64,000 bases of DNA, taken from the NCBI GenBank assembly GCA_046563655.1, contig CM102285.1, positions 434,001 to 498,000 on the forward strand, written 5' to 3'. Position numbers and translations under genes: made by a program. Positions within the stretch are counted from its first letter, which is position 1. Each line of letters starts with the position of its first letter. Positions 48,969-61,660 of the stretch are shown here, one piece after another. Under the pieces are notes generated by a model. The model was given only the letters and a program-made list of their open reading frames with translations. It had not been told where the DNA came from and made no database searches. The DNA comes from Yuukianura sp. NJ FZ-2021 (Eukaryota).

Positions 48969-51900
48969 ATGGACGATAGAACAGATGAAGATATGGTTGA
49001 AGATCGCGAACCAGATGAGACCATGCGGTTCTTCACGGATCAGAAATCTAAGAAACTATCGGCAGTAAACAGTGCCAAGGATTTTGAAGCTGGAGGGGAC
49101 GGCTTAGATGCTTTGTCGACGAGTAAGGCAGAATCGGAGGACATGGCAGAAGGAACCTGCTTGACCCTGCGAGTACTACAGACAGTATTCACTTGTGGAA
49201 AGAAAAAAGGGCTCTGGGAACCCTCTCAAGGGAACGTCTTCAAGTCACATGAAGTTGAAGAGACCAAGTACCCTAGGATCCTTAGAATTCTGGAGTTCTG
49301 GAACCTACTGGACATCATCTTTGTGGTCACTTGCTACTTATCGATCTACTTATTCTTCTTGTCTGTTGGATTTGTGATGAAGAGTAAACTACTTTGGGGC
49401 GTCATCCATATCAACAATGCTCTTTACACCACTGGCCTGTTTGCTCAGTGGCTCCGAGTCCTAATTAGTTCCAAGTATGCCAAGACTAACCAAGGATACA
49501 CGAAGACCGACGTCGTCATGGCCTTAGTCACCGTCTTTCCACTGGATCTCATCTTACTTGTCATCTACAGCTTGAACAAGAAGGAAGTGGACACACCGCT
49601 TGACAGTCTCATCATTTCCTTCTCCAGAATCAACTACTTGTTCCGAGTCTACTACATCTCTAAGTTCTTCTGTAAGCACTATAACACTAATTAGTCGATT
49701 AAAGATCGATTAACGACTAACTTAACATTAGCAGCTGACTATAACCGTTGTATGTGCTTATGTTTAGCAACATGGGACAATCAGCTGGTGATCGGCGACT
49801 ATCTCATGTTCATCATCCGGACAACCCTGTACACGTTATCCCTGATCCACGTCTTTGGCTGTATTTGGCACTTGGTCGCCTGCAAGGTAAGTAGTCACGA
49901 ACGATCAGCTGATCAAGTGATGATTAATTGCGAAGATAATTAATTAACTTATTAATTGTACCTAGAGCTTTACTGGCAAGCATTTCTTGATGACTCAAGA
50001 TGAGGCAACGAGAGACGTCTGTGAAACAAATAGCTGGATTCAAATCCTCCTTCGTGAAAATCGAGCTCCCCTGCTGGATCATCCTAATCTCAACGTTCTA
50101 ATTACACATTACTTGGTGTCCATATACTGGGCAACTACTGTAGCCTTTGGACTGGGGTAATGATTATCAATAGAGCTATCGAAATTCGATACTTTATAGT
50201 TTATCGAGTGTTATAGTGATCTTTATCGCTTATCGAGTTTTTTTTTTTGTTGAACAGCTTGGGAGACATCAAGGTTCACCTAACTTCTGACTTGGAGATT
50301 ATGGTTACCGCTATGACACAAATAGCTGCCTGGATCTTTACACTTGCAATTGTAAATGGAACTTTGACTTCACTACTCGTAGAGGGAGACACTGAACGGG
50401 AAAGTTACTTGACTAGACGATTCGCCATCAAAAATTATTTGGTAAAGAAAATCCTTTACTACTCAAATTACAAAAGAGATATTAAAAATATTTGAATATT
50501 ATATTATAATATTTGTATTACATATTATATAAAAATTGTCGTTGTTGTGTTTGTAGGACTTTAGTGCCATCAGGAAACAAATTGTGGCAGACGTTGCCAA
50601 CTTCTACGACTACTTGTGGCAACGTCGCAAAGGAATTATGAACTTGGAGCTGATTGACGAGATGCCAAGGACCATGCGCGCCGAAGTGTTTTACGACGTC
50701 AACAAATTCGTTTTTGATCAAGTGAGACAATAATTGTGACTATTTGGAAATCTACGGTAATCTTATAATTTTTTTTTATTTTGCTTATACAGCTTCCTTT
50801 GTTTCATGATATGGACCAAGCTTTCATGATGAATTTGGCAGTTTACGTTGAACACACTTTTCACCTGAATGGGGAAATTTTGTACAAGAAAAACGATACT
50901 GGAGACAGAATGCGTTACGTTCTCAAAGGATTTCTGGAGGTAAGTTCAAATTCAAAAACTTCCAAAATTCATAAATTAGCATGAAAGACCTCAAAAATGG
51001 TTTGTTTTTGACAGATTCTATGTGATGATGAGTCCAGAGTAATCGCAAACATTCGAAGTGGATCAGCAATTGGAGAAATCCACTTGATCCATCCGTACCC
51101 ACATGTTGCCACCGTGAGATGTGGATCTGACTGTGACATTCTGGTTCTGCGCAAGTCCAGTTTCAAGCAACTCATGAACTCTTATCCAGAACACTGGGAA
51201 ACCTTCAGAGAACGAATGCAAAAACGATTTGACGATTCTGAACTTCTGCTTTCTCTCTGCGACAAGCACAATCAGTATCCTCGAGCTTTCAGTAAAGTTG
51301 ATGCCAAGTTGAGGCCGTTTGGCCATGACCCGGTCACTGGCCTGCCCAAACGCCCTGGATCCGATCCTGACGTTGATCCAGTCGAGAAGGTCACGCCGCT
51401 TGTTCCTGTCGCTGAGGGGTCACGAACTTTTAGAAACATTGGTAAAAATTTTGAAGGAAAAGCAACATTTCTGTAAAAATTTCGAATTTTGGATGTATTT
51501 TATGATTTTTTTTTAGATGATTTTGACGGAGTTTCACTTCAAGATGAGGCGATTCAGAAGATGTCCATGATTCGATCAAAAGAAACCGAAAAGTAAGTTG
51601 AAATTGGTTGAACTTGAAAGTTCAAATTTCGAAAGTATGAAATTTTGAAATTGTGTTTCAGAGCTGGGAAGACCGATAAGCGTCAACGAACGCTAGAAGA
51701 GGAGGCGTTCAAAGCACTGGAAACGGACGTCATGAGGGCTGGATCGCTTGCGAAGGATTTAGAGATTCCACGGCCTCCACTTTTCGTCACAGCCCCAACA
51801 ACTTTTTCAACAAAATCCATCAGTTCGGACACCCCTGACTTATTGAAGCTCCCGATTCTAAATCGGCTGAGCTCCAACGTGATGCTGCTGGTGTTTCAAA

Positions 51901-54900
51901 TCTTTGTTGTCGTCATGGCAATGGCTACAATGTGGTACTACTTGTACGCCGTCGCATTCCGATCTCGGGGAACCGTCATAGCCACAATCGCTTTCCATGT
52001 CACAGACATCATCTTCGCTGTCAACTTTTGGGTCGAGATGACCCAAATCGTCATCATGCCACAAAGTAAAAAATTTCCAGAACACATTTTTTAAAATTTT
52101 TCAGAATTTGAAAATGAAACTTAGACTTCTGCTCTGTCTCTTTACAGAAACGCTGGAAAACAGAAAGGAAATTTTGATCTACCGACTCAAGAAACCGGCA
52201 ACATATTTCGAATTTTGTGCGTTTCTGCCGTGGGAATACTTGATGACTCCACTGTGCGCTGGAACGATGTTCAATTTCAGCGATCCTCGAAAAGAGTTCA
52301 TGTTCACTTGTTTCAAACTGAATCGCTGCTTGGAGCTTATCTTTGTCTCGAAAGTCGTCAAAGAGCTGGAAGCAATGCAGTTCATGAGCGTCATGAAAAT
52401 GTTTCTGGCCAAGTTTTTTGTCGCGACGATCTTCAGCATCCATCTCTTCGCTGTCATTTTCCGACTCGTGATGGAATATGTCTACGGATGGTAAGAAATT
52501 TTTTTTTAAATTTGAAATGTTTCGAAAATATGAAAATGTTTATGAAATTTTTTTGTTTTAGGAAAGCTGCTCAGGAGTATGACTATGAAATCCCGTTTTA
52601 CTGGGCGTCTCAAGTGTCAACGGCGACAGGATTCGGTGACATGCTGTACACCGTTGATCTGGAAGTTGTCAATCTCATTTTCTCATGTATCGGTGGAACC
52701 ATTGTCGTTACTTACTACGGAGCCAAAAATGGAGCGCTTTTGGCCAACTATGCTCGACGAAGGTGAAATTTTGAAAATTTTGGGAAGTTTTTTTTTCAAG
52801 AATTTTTAAATTTTGAAAATCCTTTCAGGGTTTGCTTCAAACAGACTTACTACTGCGTCAAAACGTTCATGCGTCAACGCAAGTTTCCTAAGCCACTGGC
52901 CACTCGTGTGCTGGACTACTACAGCCTCCAATGGCGAGCTCACGAGGGAACGCTCATTCCGACGGACCAGTCAGTGATCTGGGATGCTCCGGAGTCCATT
53001 GTCCAGCATGTCACGATGGAGCAAGCACAGAAGTTCTTCGCCAGGGTTCCACTTGTCCAGGTTTGAGAGACAAAGAACGAGAGTGTAAAAAAAAGTTTGG
53101 GCCGAGTGGGATTCGAACCCACATCTCTTGTATCCGGGAAACACTCTAAACCTTTGAGCTATCAGTCCCGAGCGTAGAAAGTTTTGAGGGATAGGCGGCT
53201 ATCCGACGGAATATTTATGAAATTTGGATTTGTAATTTAAAAAAAAATGTTTTTTTTTCAGCATTCTGGACTCCAGACGCAGCAGCGATTTGCAAAAGCG
53301 CTGAAGCAGTACTATGTTCCACCAGGCGAAACGCTTTTGTACCCGTATGACAAACGGCGGGAACTTTTCTTTTTAGTTCGAGGTTTTTGTAAAGTGATGA
53401 AAGATGGAGACACCGTGGGAACGCTGAGTGCTGGAAACTACTACGGACTTCCCGGCCTTCTGTTCGGTGTGAACAAAGAATTTGAAATTGTGTCAGAAAC
53501 TTACTGTCTTTTCTTCTGCTTGCTGTTCGACGATTACGTCAAACTTGCCAGGAGCAATCACTGCATTTTGCGGGAGTACAAAATATTTCGGGTATTTTTA
53601 AAATTTTACTGTCAAAGTTCAAAATTCAACTCACATCGAATTGTAGAAGTTTACAAATTGACTGATTTCGCGATTATCTTTGAATTTTCCTTTTTTTGAA
53701 GTTTTGTTTTAATTTTGAATAGGGCGAAGCTGCATTTCGAAAATTTCGTCGTCGCAAGCCCGGGGCTTCTGAAATTTTGGGAGGTGAAGAATTACCACGG
53801 TACTACGAAAAGTTGGTCCAAGGTGAACAGGAGAACAGAAGTGCGGGAATTGACGAAAACGATGAAAAAATGCGCGTAGCAGAGGTCAAAATGGAAATTC
53901 AAGCTGAAAATGAAGTTGATGGATGTTGGGGTCACTTGAGATGGGTCAAGTAAGTTAACATGACAAGGTGACATCTTTTACAGCTCAGTTCTGTGAGGTC
54001 ACGGGCTGACATGGCTTGAGATACAAAGAATGACAGTGCACAACAAAAATAATGCACCAAGTGGGATTCGAACTCACGTCTCTGTATTCCGGGAAGAGCT
54101 CTAACCATTGAGCTATCAGGCTCTACTCGGACACATGATGGAATTGGAATGCTACCATTATTTACAGGCATTGTCTTTCCATGCACCTCCATTCTTGTGA
54201 CCTTTGACCTCTGCCACAGTTGGAAGTAACAAAGGTCAAAGGTCGACTTTTAAATTTAATTATAAATTTTATAAATTATAAGTATTATTTTTGTTTTAAA
54301 TTTTATTACTTTTTCTTAGGTACCTTATGTTTTTTCCGATATTTGATCCTCTTGGAAAGTTCATTCGGATTTGGACAACTTTTCGGACGGGTGTGGCCGT
54401 GATTGCGACGATTTTCTACACAGCCCAAGCCTGCTTTGCGTTCCATCCTGGATGGTGCTTCCTGACGACGCTCGTTCTGGATATCATCGCTTGGACGGAC
54501 ATGTGAGTCGAAAAACAAGCTAAATTTTTTTTTTTTTTTTTTTTTCGAAATTTTGAAAGTTTGTATCGAAATTTTGAAATTTAAAGGTACATCATGTATC
54601 ACGTTGGTTATTATGGAGACGAAGGTCAGCTAATCAGCGAACCAATCATGACAGCCAAACACTACATCCAAGGTTCCTTCTTTCTTGATTGGATCGCTTC
54701 CTGTCCCATTGACTACTTCCTGTTACCAATCGCTGCAAATGGACTGAATCTATTTGGACCACTTCCGGTCAAATCATACGCTGGAAATATCTGGATCCAG
54801 CGTGTCGCTTTATGTCGCCTTCCAAGATGTCTCCAGATCTACCGTATCTTCCTTGCTGGCGGAGTCATTGAGAAGTTTATCTTCAACAGTCTGACGTTCA

Positions 54901-57900
54901 TTACGCTTGTGGATGTGGTTCCACTGATGTTCCTGTTTATGCATGTCACCACTTGTATACTGGCGCTGATGAGCTGCAATTGGGCCACTGAGGTCAACCC
55001 ACAGTGTCCAGAAACTAGTCTTTTTCTACACTTCAAACCGCTCAATCGCTACAAGTTCGCTGGAAATACTTCCAAGCATCTGGAAGCACCGAAGTACTAC
55101 GACATCTGTAAGTCTGAAAAAATCACTTTTTTTATTCAAGACTTATGACCTAAGACCTCAAGACCTTACTCAAGACCTAACCTTGAACTTTGACCTTTAG
55201 TTGACCCGTTCACACTTTATGTGACTGGACTGTATTGGACGATGCAAACAGCACTGAGCGTTGGGTTTGGCGATTTCATGCTGTTTGATGAGCGACATTA
55301 TTTCCCTACTTCTAGCAGAATGTTTGCAGTTTGTGTCATCATTTTAGGTATTTTGAAATTTGTCATTTTAAAAAATGAAATTCTGAAAATGTAACTTGAA
55401 ATTTTCAATTTTATGATTTTTTTTTAAAATTGAGGTACTGCTATCAGTGTGTACCTGGGAGCAAAGCTAACAGCTTGCATGGTTGGAGAGGATTCAAGAC
55501 GAATTGCGATTCGAGAGCAGATGAAAGTCGTTTTCGATTTTTTGGGACAGTATGCCGTTCGGAAACCGATCCAAAGGTTTGAAAATCAAAATTTCGAAAA
55601 AGGAAAAAAAAACATATTTTTTTTTTGCAGAGAATGTTAACAAACGTTTTGTTTTTGTGCAGACGTGTTCGTGAAGTGTACTTCAGTGCATGGGACAAAA
55701 CCAAGGGAATTTCACCTTCCGAGCTTTTTGTTGCTCTTCATCCAACTTTGAAGGCTGATGTGACCAAACAACTTTACGAGGTTCATCTACGAAAGGTGAC
55801 ACATTTTCAAAATTTGTCGGAGTTTTGTTAGAATTTTGAAACTTTTTGGAAAATTTTGAAACTTTTTATTAAAAAAATTCAGGCACCACTACTCAAAGAC
55901 GTTGACGAAGCAGGAATTCGAATGCTGGCGTCGAAGTTAGTGGAAGTGTTTTACCCCGAGGGGGAATTTATTATGAAATTAGGTGACCTCAACGACGATA
56001 TCTTCCTCATTTCTACTGGAGTTGTGATATGCTTTGGTGTTGGAGGTCAAGTGCTCAACTACTTAGCACCTGGCAGCATCATCGGTGAAATCTCTGCATT
56101 GTTTGAAGTTCAGCGCCTTTTCAGTGCCATCGCAGCGACGGATGCTGACGTTTTCGTGTTTCGGAGAGAAGATTTCATGGAGTGAGTCAAAAATTCAAGC
56201 TACTTTTTCAAAATTCAAACATTCAATTTAAAAAAAGATGATGTCATGTCATTTTTTTTTTTTTAGATTTTTGAACATGTACCCGAATCTTCGGAAGGCT
56301 TTAGAAAATGCTTGTCTGGTTCACTACAAGGAGACGATGGAAGGTGCTGCGGCAGCATCAGGAGTGGAAGTAGTACTGCCAGTAGTTGAGGAAATTGGGA
56401 ATTCTGATGTTGCTATGCAGCTGAATACTCCCAGAGTAGAGTCCATCCCAACTGAAAACTTGGACTACGCAGACACCAACCCAGACAGATCTTACAAAGA
56501 TCCACTTCGAGTGATACTGAAAACAAAAGCGGAAGTGAAAGATGAGAAGATTGATGTAGATGAAGGGAGTGACAGAAACAGCAAATGGTGGTCGTTCTTG
56601 CTAACGTTTGGCAGAATTCCGAGAGATGAAATGGGGTTGATCCATGTCCATCAAGAGTAAGTCAAACGTCAAAAAAGTTTGAATTTTTTGCCACTTTTTC
56701 AGGAGAAAATGACCTGAGTTTTGTTTAATCCTGATTGTTTTGTGTTTTCAGAAAGAACAAGTGTAACCTTTTAGACTTTGTAGTCAACCCGACATGTCCT
56801 CTGTGTTCAAAAGCAAGTTTCGTTTGCATTTGGCTCCTCTTTACTTCGTTTTCTTGTGCACTTGCGTCGTATGATTTGGCATTCCGAGTGGACGGTCCAG
56901 AACTGAACACACAGGCGAAGAAAGACAACGCAATTGTCATGGGACTCAAGATTTTTGTGGAGATTTTCTTCCTGATTCGATTCATTGGCAACTTCCATCT
57001 CGGTTTTGTAGATGACGAAGGAGTCATGATTACCGAAAATAGACAAATCATTCGCAAGTAAGCAAAAACATAGCAACAATTTGTTATAATTTTAGTCTTT
57101 TTTAGTCTCATAGTATTTTATAGTCTTTTTTTAGTATTTTATGGTCTATATAATTTTAGTATGTTTTCTTAGATATGCTACTCGACTGGACGGATTAGTT
57201 GTGGATCTGATAAGCCTACCGTATTGGCTCATAACGATGTATGTCTATCCTCCGCTATCTCCAATCTTCAACGGATTGCAACTGTTTCGAATGGTAAGAA
57301 AATGAATATGACCTTGAGAACCTTTGACCTTGACCTTTGTCCTTGAGTGACCTTTGACCTTGACTTTGAATGTTTTCGCAGGTTTTGTTTTGGCGATACA
57401 TCAACGAAACTGAAACGGAATTGCGGATGCAAGCTTCGATGATAAAAATTGTGAAAATCAGCATCGTTTTGTGCTTCATCTTTCATTTTTGTGCGTGTTT
57501 TTGGTACATGATAGCCTGCAGTGGCATGACCTGTCAACCGGACTCTTGGATGGCCCGAGCTTTGGAAAGAATCAAACTGGACTTGAAACGTAATGGAAAC
57601 GTTTTGAAATTTATGATTTTTTGAAATGTTTAGTTGTGTCGTGTTAATTTACGTTTAAGTTGAGTTATGTTCATCGGTAATGGAAATTTTTGGATTCTGT
57701 TTAGCTTCGGACCCTGAACCGTCAATTTCTCTTGTATCACGGTACTTCATGTCGGTGTTCTACGTAACAACGGCCATCACTTTCACAGGACTGAACTACA
57801 TCGAACCAGCTCAAGTCAAAGAAATTGTTGTGACGATCATATTCATATTCACAACTGTGTTTGTCATCGGTATTCTCATTGGAGAGATTTCACAGTGTCT

Positions 57901-58951
57901 CGCATCCCAAGTCGCTGGGAAGATGCATTATGAACACCAACTTTCAGTGATCCAGGTAAAAAGCAAGCTGCAGTTGAAACTATCAATTACTAACTGAATT
58001 AGTTCGGATTAATTGAAACTGTGATTAATTTAGGAACACTTCATGGCTCTTGGTCTGCGTCGACCAAAACTCAAAGAAGTTGGAAGTTACTACAAACTGC
58101 TTTGGCAAAAGTGTAGAGGCTATCCTTACTCCCAAATTTTTGCTGACATTCCGTACCCTCTACAAGCTGATATTGCTTATGCCATCTATGGAGCAAACGT
58201 CAAAAATGTAAGTTACAATTAAAATTGTTAATTGATTAATTGAATTACTAATTGAAGATTAACTTTTGTTGATTTCAGTCACGATTGTTAGGAAAAGTGG
58301 ACGACACGATCATTCGTCAACTCTGTGCAAGAGTGAGACACGAAGTGTATCTGCCGGGATGTCGTGTAGTCCGAACCGGAGATGTGTGCGATGCAATGTA
58401 CTTTATCAAACGTGGAGAAATCGTTATTCTGGATGAAAATCAAAATTTGGAACTCTGTGTTGAAATTCTTTATGAAAATGAATGTTTTGGAGAGGTAAGT
58501 GGATTACCTTTTTTGGAAAATCAAAAATTTGTGTTTTTGATTTCGGTTTTCCATTTTTTAGGTCAAACTGCTGCTACCGAAGGAACAATATCGTTTTTCC
58601 TACGTCGCTCGACTGGAGAGTGAAGTTGGAATTTTACGACGAGAGGACTTGGATGATGTGATGAGCAACTACCCGATTCTGCAGGGAGACTTGATGGACA
58701 AAGCCAAGAAAATCAAGAACCACCGGACAACTCTACGTGAAGAAGAGAGTCGTCGGAAGAGAATTGAACTAGGAATTGAGGATATGCCGGACCAACCGGA
58801 GCAGGACGGACATGATGACCTTGGAGACGAACCGGTAGCTATGGAATTCACAAGAACAGGGGCAGGTCAACGGTTATCGGCCTCAGTTGTACCGGTCAAA
58901 GATACTGGAGGAATAACTGATCCACAGGATCCAACGAAAAAACAAAAGTGA
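48969..58951 (+). CDS. Four-repeat (pseudotetrameric) cyclic-nucleotide-binding-domain channel, CNGK-like
   Basis: Four TM-pore-C-linker-CNBD modules in one frame; pores YWATTVAFGLGLGD, YWASQVSTATGFGD, YWTMQTALSVGFGD, FYVTTAITFTGLNY; CNBDs at ~50793, 53262, 55883 and 58279. Confidence 0.85.
53099..53170 (-). mobile_element. tRNA-derived repeat copy (intronic)
   Basis: On -: GGGACTGATAGCTCAAAGGTTTAGAGT..GGGTTCGAATCCCACTCGGCCCA plus a T-run. Confidence 0.75.
54053..54123 (-). mobile_element. tRNA-derived repeat copy (intronic)
   Basis: On -: GAGCCTGATAGCTCAATGGTTAGAGC..GAGTTCGAATCCCACTTGGTGC. Confidence 0.75.
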
Positions 58952-59581
58952 ACTAAACAAGCTAATTCTTACATGTTAACGTAACGTTTACACAAAACAT
59001 TATGCCAGATTAATTACTCAATTAATTAGTAATTGGATTAGAAAATTTGTTGATTAGTGTTGTAAATTATCATGTACATTCCAAACTGTGTTACTTACTA
59101 CGATTAATTGCTAATTGTAAAAAATTAAATGCAAATTAAAACAGGATCATGCGCCATCTCTGCTCATATTGCACAGTTTTCTCTCTTTTTGCAAATTTTT
59201 TGCGACATCTTTTGCTTTGCAATTTTTTTCTCCCTTTCGATCGGATCTTCCATCATCTTCACAATTTGCAAGAAACGCAACGTCTTTGTCCAGCATAAGC
59301 AGTCAGTAGCAGCACTAGCAGCAGGTAACACCTTAATTGCTTAATTGATAATTGCTTTAGCCTTTGTCATATTAGTTTTGCGGTTTAGTTAACAATGAAT
59401 TTTAAGATTAGTTAAAAAAGTAATAAACAAATCTTATTTGTCCCTTTTCCAGATTCCAGTTATTAAGTCCATTCACCTCGTTAACAGTCTTAGCGGCTTA
59501 CCGGAATCAAAATACTTTGACGTTCTTTTGTTCTTTGTGCCGTTCTTTTGACGACATTTTGTCCGCCATATTGCTGAGAAG

Positions 59582-60968
59582 ATGGCAAAGTTCGACGCAG
59601 ATATAAAGCCTGGCTTTGTAAGAAACTTATTGTACAACGACAATCGTTATGCTCATTAATTAGTTGGGTAGTTAGTAAAAGTAATCTGAGACTTCTTGTT
59701 AATTAATTAAGGTTCGGCTGGAAGATGTGTGGGAACCGGATCTAGCGAGACAAGTATTCAGCTTCGACGAGTTCATAAGAGAGCTGCCACGGTTCAAAGA
59801 AAGAGGAGCACCGGACCTGGTCGCCATATTTGAGTTCAGAGGTCCCCGTAACCTCAAATACGACAATCAAGTGGCTGTCAGTATACACAGACAAGTACTG
59901 GCAGAAGCTTCGCCAGTTACTGCTGGGTGGCTGAAAAACATTCAGGCCGGGTCATGTCTAGTACAGTTCATTGAATGTGAAGAGTACGACTGTGTCAACC
60001 AGTTCATCAAATTCCTAGTTTTTCTGTACACCAGGACTTTAAACTCTGCAGAACTAATTCCGGTATTTGGATTCAACCTTCAGTTTCAAGTAAGTGAGAA
60101 TACTAGCGCATTTAACTTAATTTGGATAACTCAGTTAGTGTTTATCAAGGTGCCAATGCTGGAAGCAGATCTGAAGGGAGCATTGAACACGTTGAACATA
60201 CTTCAGCTACTGGACCGTCACTCCATGACCAACGGCCCGCTGGAACGGCTTTACCGCAAGTGGATCAAGGAAACAGCTGATCCTATTTGGAACAACCTCA
60301 TCAGAGCACCTTACTTTGTGCACATGAAGGCAGCTACGTTGGAAGAAATCATTACGATCATCGCGTCCAAGGTTGACATAAATGTCAGCAAGCTTAAGAT
60401 TGGGGTGTACCTCTGGGCTTCGGCGGAGCTTCAACGACGTGGTATTGCCTTTTCAACTGACGCAGTATTTGAAGTCATTCCGCACATGGTCAAGTATGTA
60501 CTGGGTTGGTCGAAGGGAATGTTTGCTGATCGTATTGTTATCACAACGACTGAATTGTATCGAGTTCCGTTCATTCCCGCTCAAAGTGTACTTCAAGTCC
60601 AACCTCTCATTCCCCCTCAAAGTGCATTCCAACTCCAGTCGATCAGTTCCGCTCAAAGTGGATTTCAACTCCAAGCGATCAGTTCCGCTCAAAGTGAAGT
60701 AGAAGTTCAACCGATCAGTTCCGCTCAAGGTGAAGTAGAAGTTCAACCGATCAATTCCGCTCAAAATGAACTTCAACTCTTACCGATCAATTCCGCTCAA
60801 AGTGAATGTCAACTCCAGCCGATCACTTCCGCTCAAAGCGGATTGGAACTCCAACCGATCAGTTCCGCTCAAAGTGGATTTCGATTCCGACCACTGACTT
60901 TACGTGACATCTTCACTACTCAACGTCCTTGTAACACTAGGGTAGCCATTAATCTACGGCTTTTGTAA
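59582..60968 (+). CDS. Divergent BTB/POZ(-BACK)-like protein with a C-terminal 13-aa repeat
   Basis: MAKFDADIKPGF spliced to VRLEDVW; PDLV..IHRQVLAEASPV..FIKFLVFLYT resembles a BTB core; possible 60-bp in-frame intron at 60090-60149. Confidence 0.55.
60575..60890 (+). repeat. Coding 39-bp tandem repeats (QPISSAQSxxxLQ-type)
   Basis: CCGATCAGTTCCGCTCAAAGTG recurring about 8 times. Confidence 0.85.
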
Positions 60969-61093
60969 CTTTAAATTAAGTAACTTGACACTTAAATTTT
61001 GTAATTTTTAAAGTTGTGAACAATTATTGTGCAATTAACTAACTTACCGGTATGAACTGACCTTTACAGAGAATTAAGCCAACACCTTGTAAG

Positions 61094-61321
61094 CAAGGTT
61101 TCTATAGCAACGGAATAGTTGTTGCTTCATAAGGTTAAGCAATACCTCGGTTTTTATATTTTTCCTTCCAAAATTGCAAAAATGAAAAAACATCACGGCA
61201 AGACATTCACTCTGATTCACTCTGGGTGAAACGTGGGTGAAAAAAAAGTTTGGAGCGAGATTTTTGGAAAACAAGACTTATTGCTTAACCTTATGAAGCA
61301 ACCGTTGCTATAGAAACCTTG
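61094..61321. mobile_element. CAAGG-family MITE (MULE-like), best-preserved copy
   Basis: TIR CAAGGTTTCTATAGCAACGG; perfect 9-bp TSD CCTTGTAAG. Confidence 0.88.
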
Positions 61322-61660
61322 CCTTGTAAGCATGTTCAGATTATTTTTAATTTTTAATACAGTGTACTCTACTTGCAGAAAAGCCTTATTTATTGAACAT
61401 TTCGAAATATTTCAAACATTTCAAAATTTCGAAATGCTTCCGAATTTTTTAATTTTGACTTAAACTTTAAACTCAGCATTAACTTTGTGGTTTGTCTTTA
61501 GCCCCTTACGGACACCATGCATGGAGTATGTAATTTTTTAGTAGTAAAAATTTAATTTTGAGATACTTAGCCGCTCGTTTCTTGACGATTGCTGACTTTG
61601 AGTGATAAGCATTTTTCAGATCTTTAACTATTGAAATGTGTGTTCCTTATTAGTGCTTGC

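Noticed and set aside
53099-53170. Functional tRNA genes at the tRNA-like copies
   Set aside because: Acceptor and anticodon stems are mismatched, the loops vary between copies, and flanks are shared, so they are treated as a repeat family
59129-59570. Possible small gene between the channel and the BTB-like gene
   Set aside because: Could not assemble a start-to-stop spliced frame
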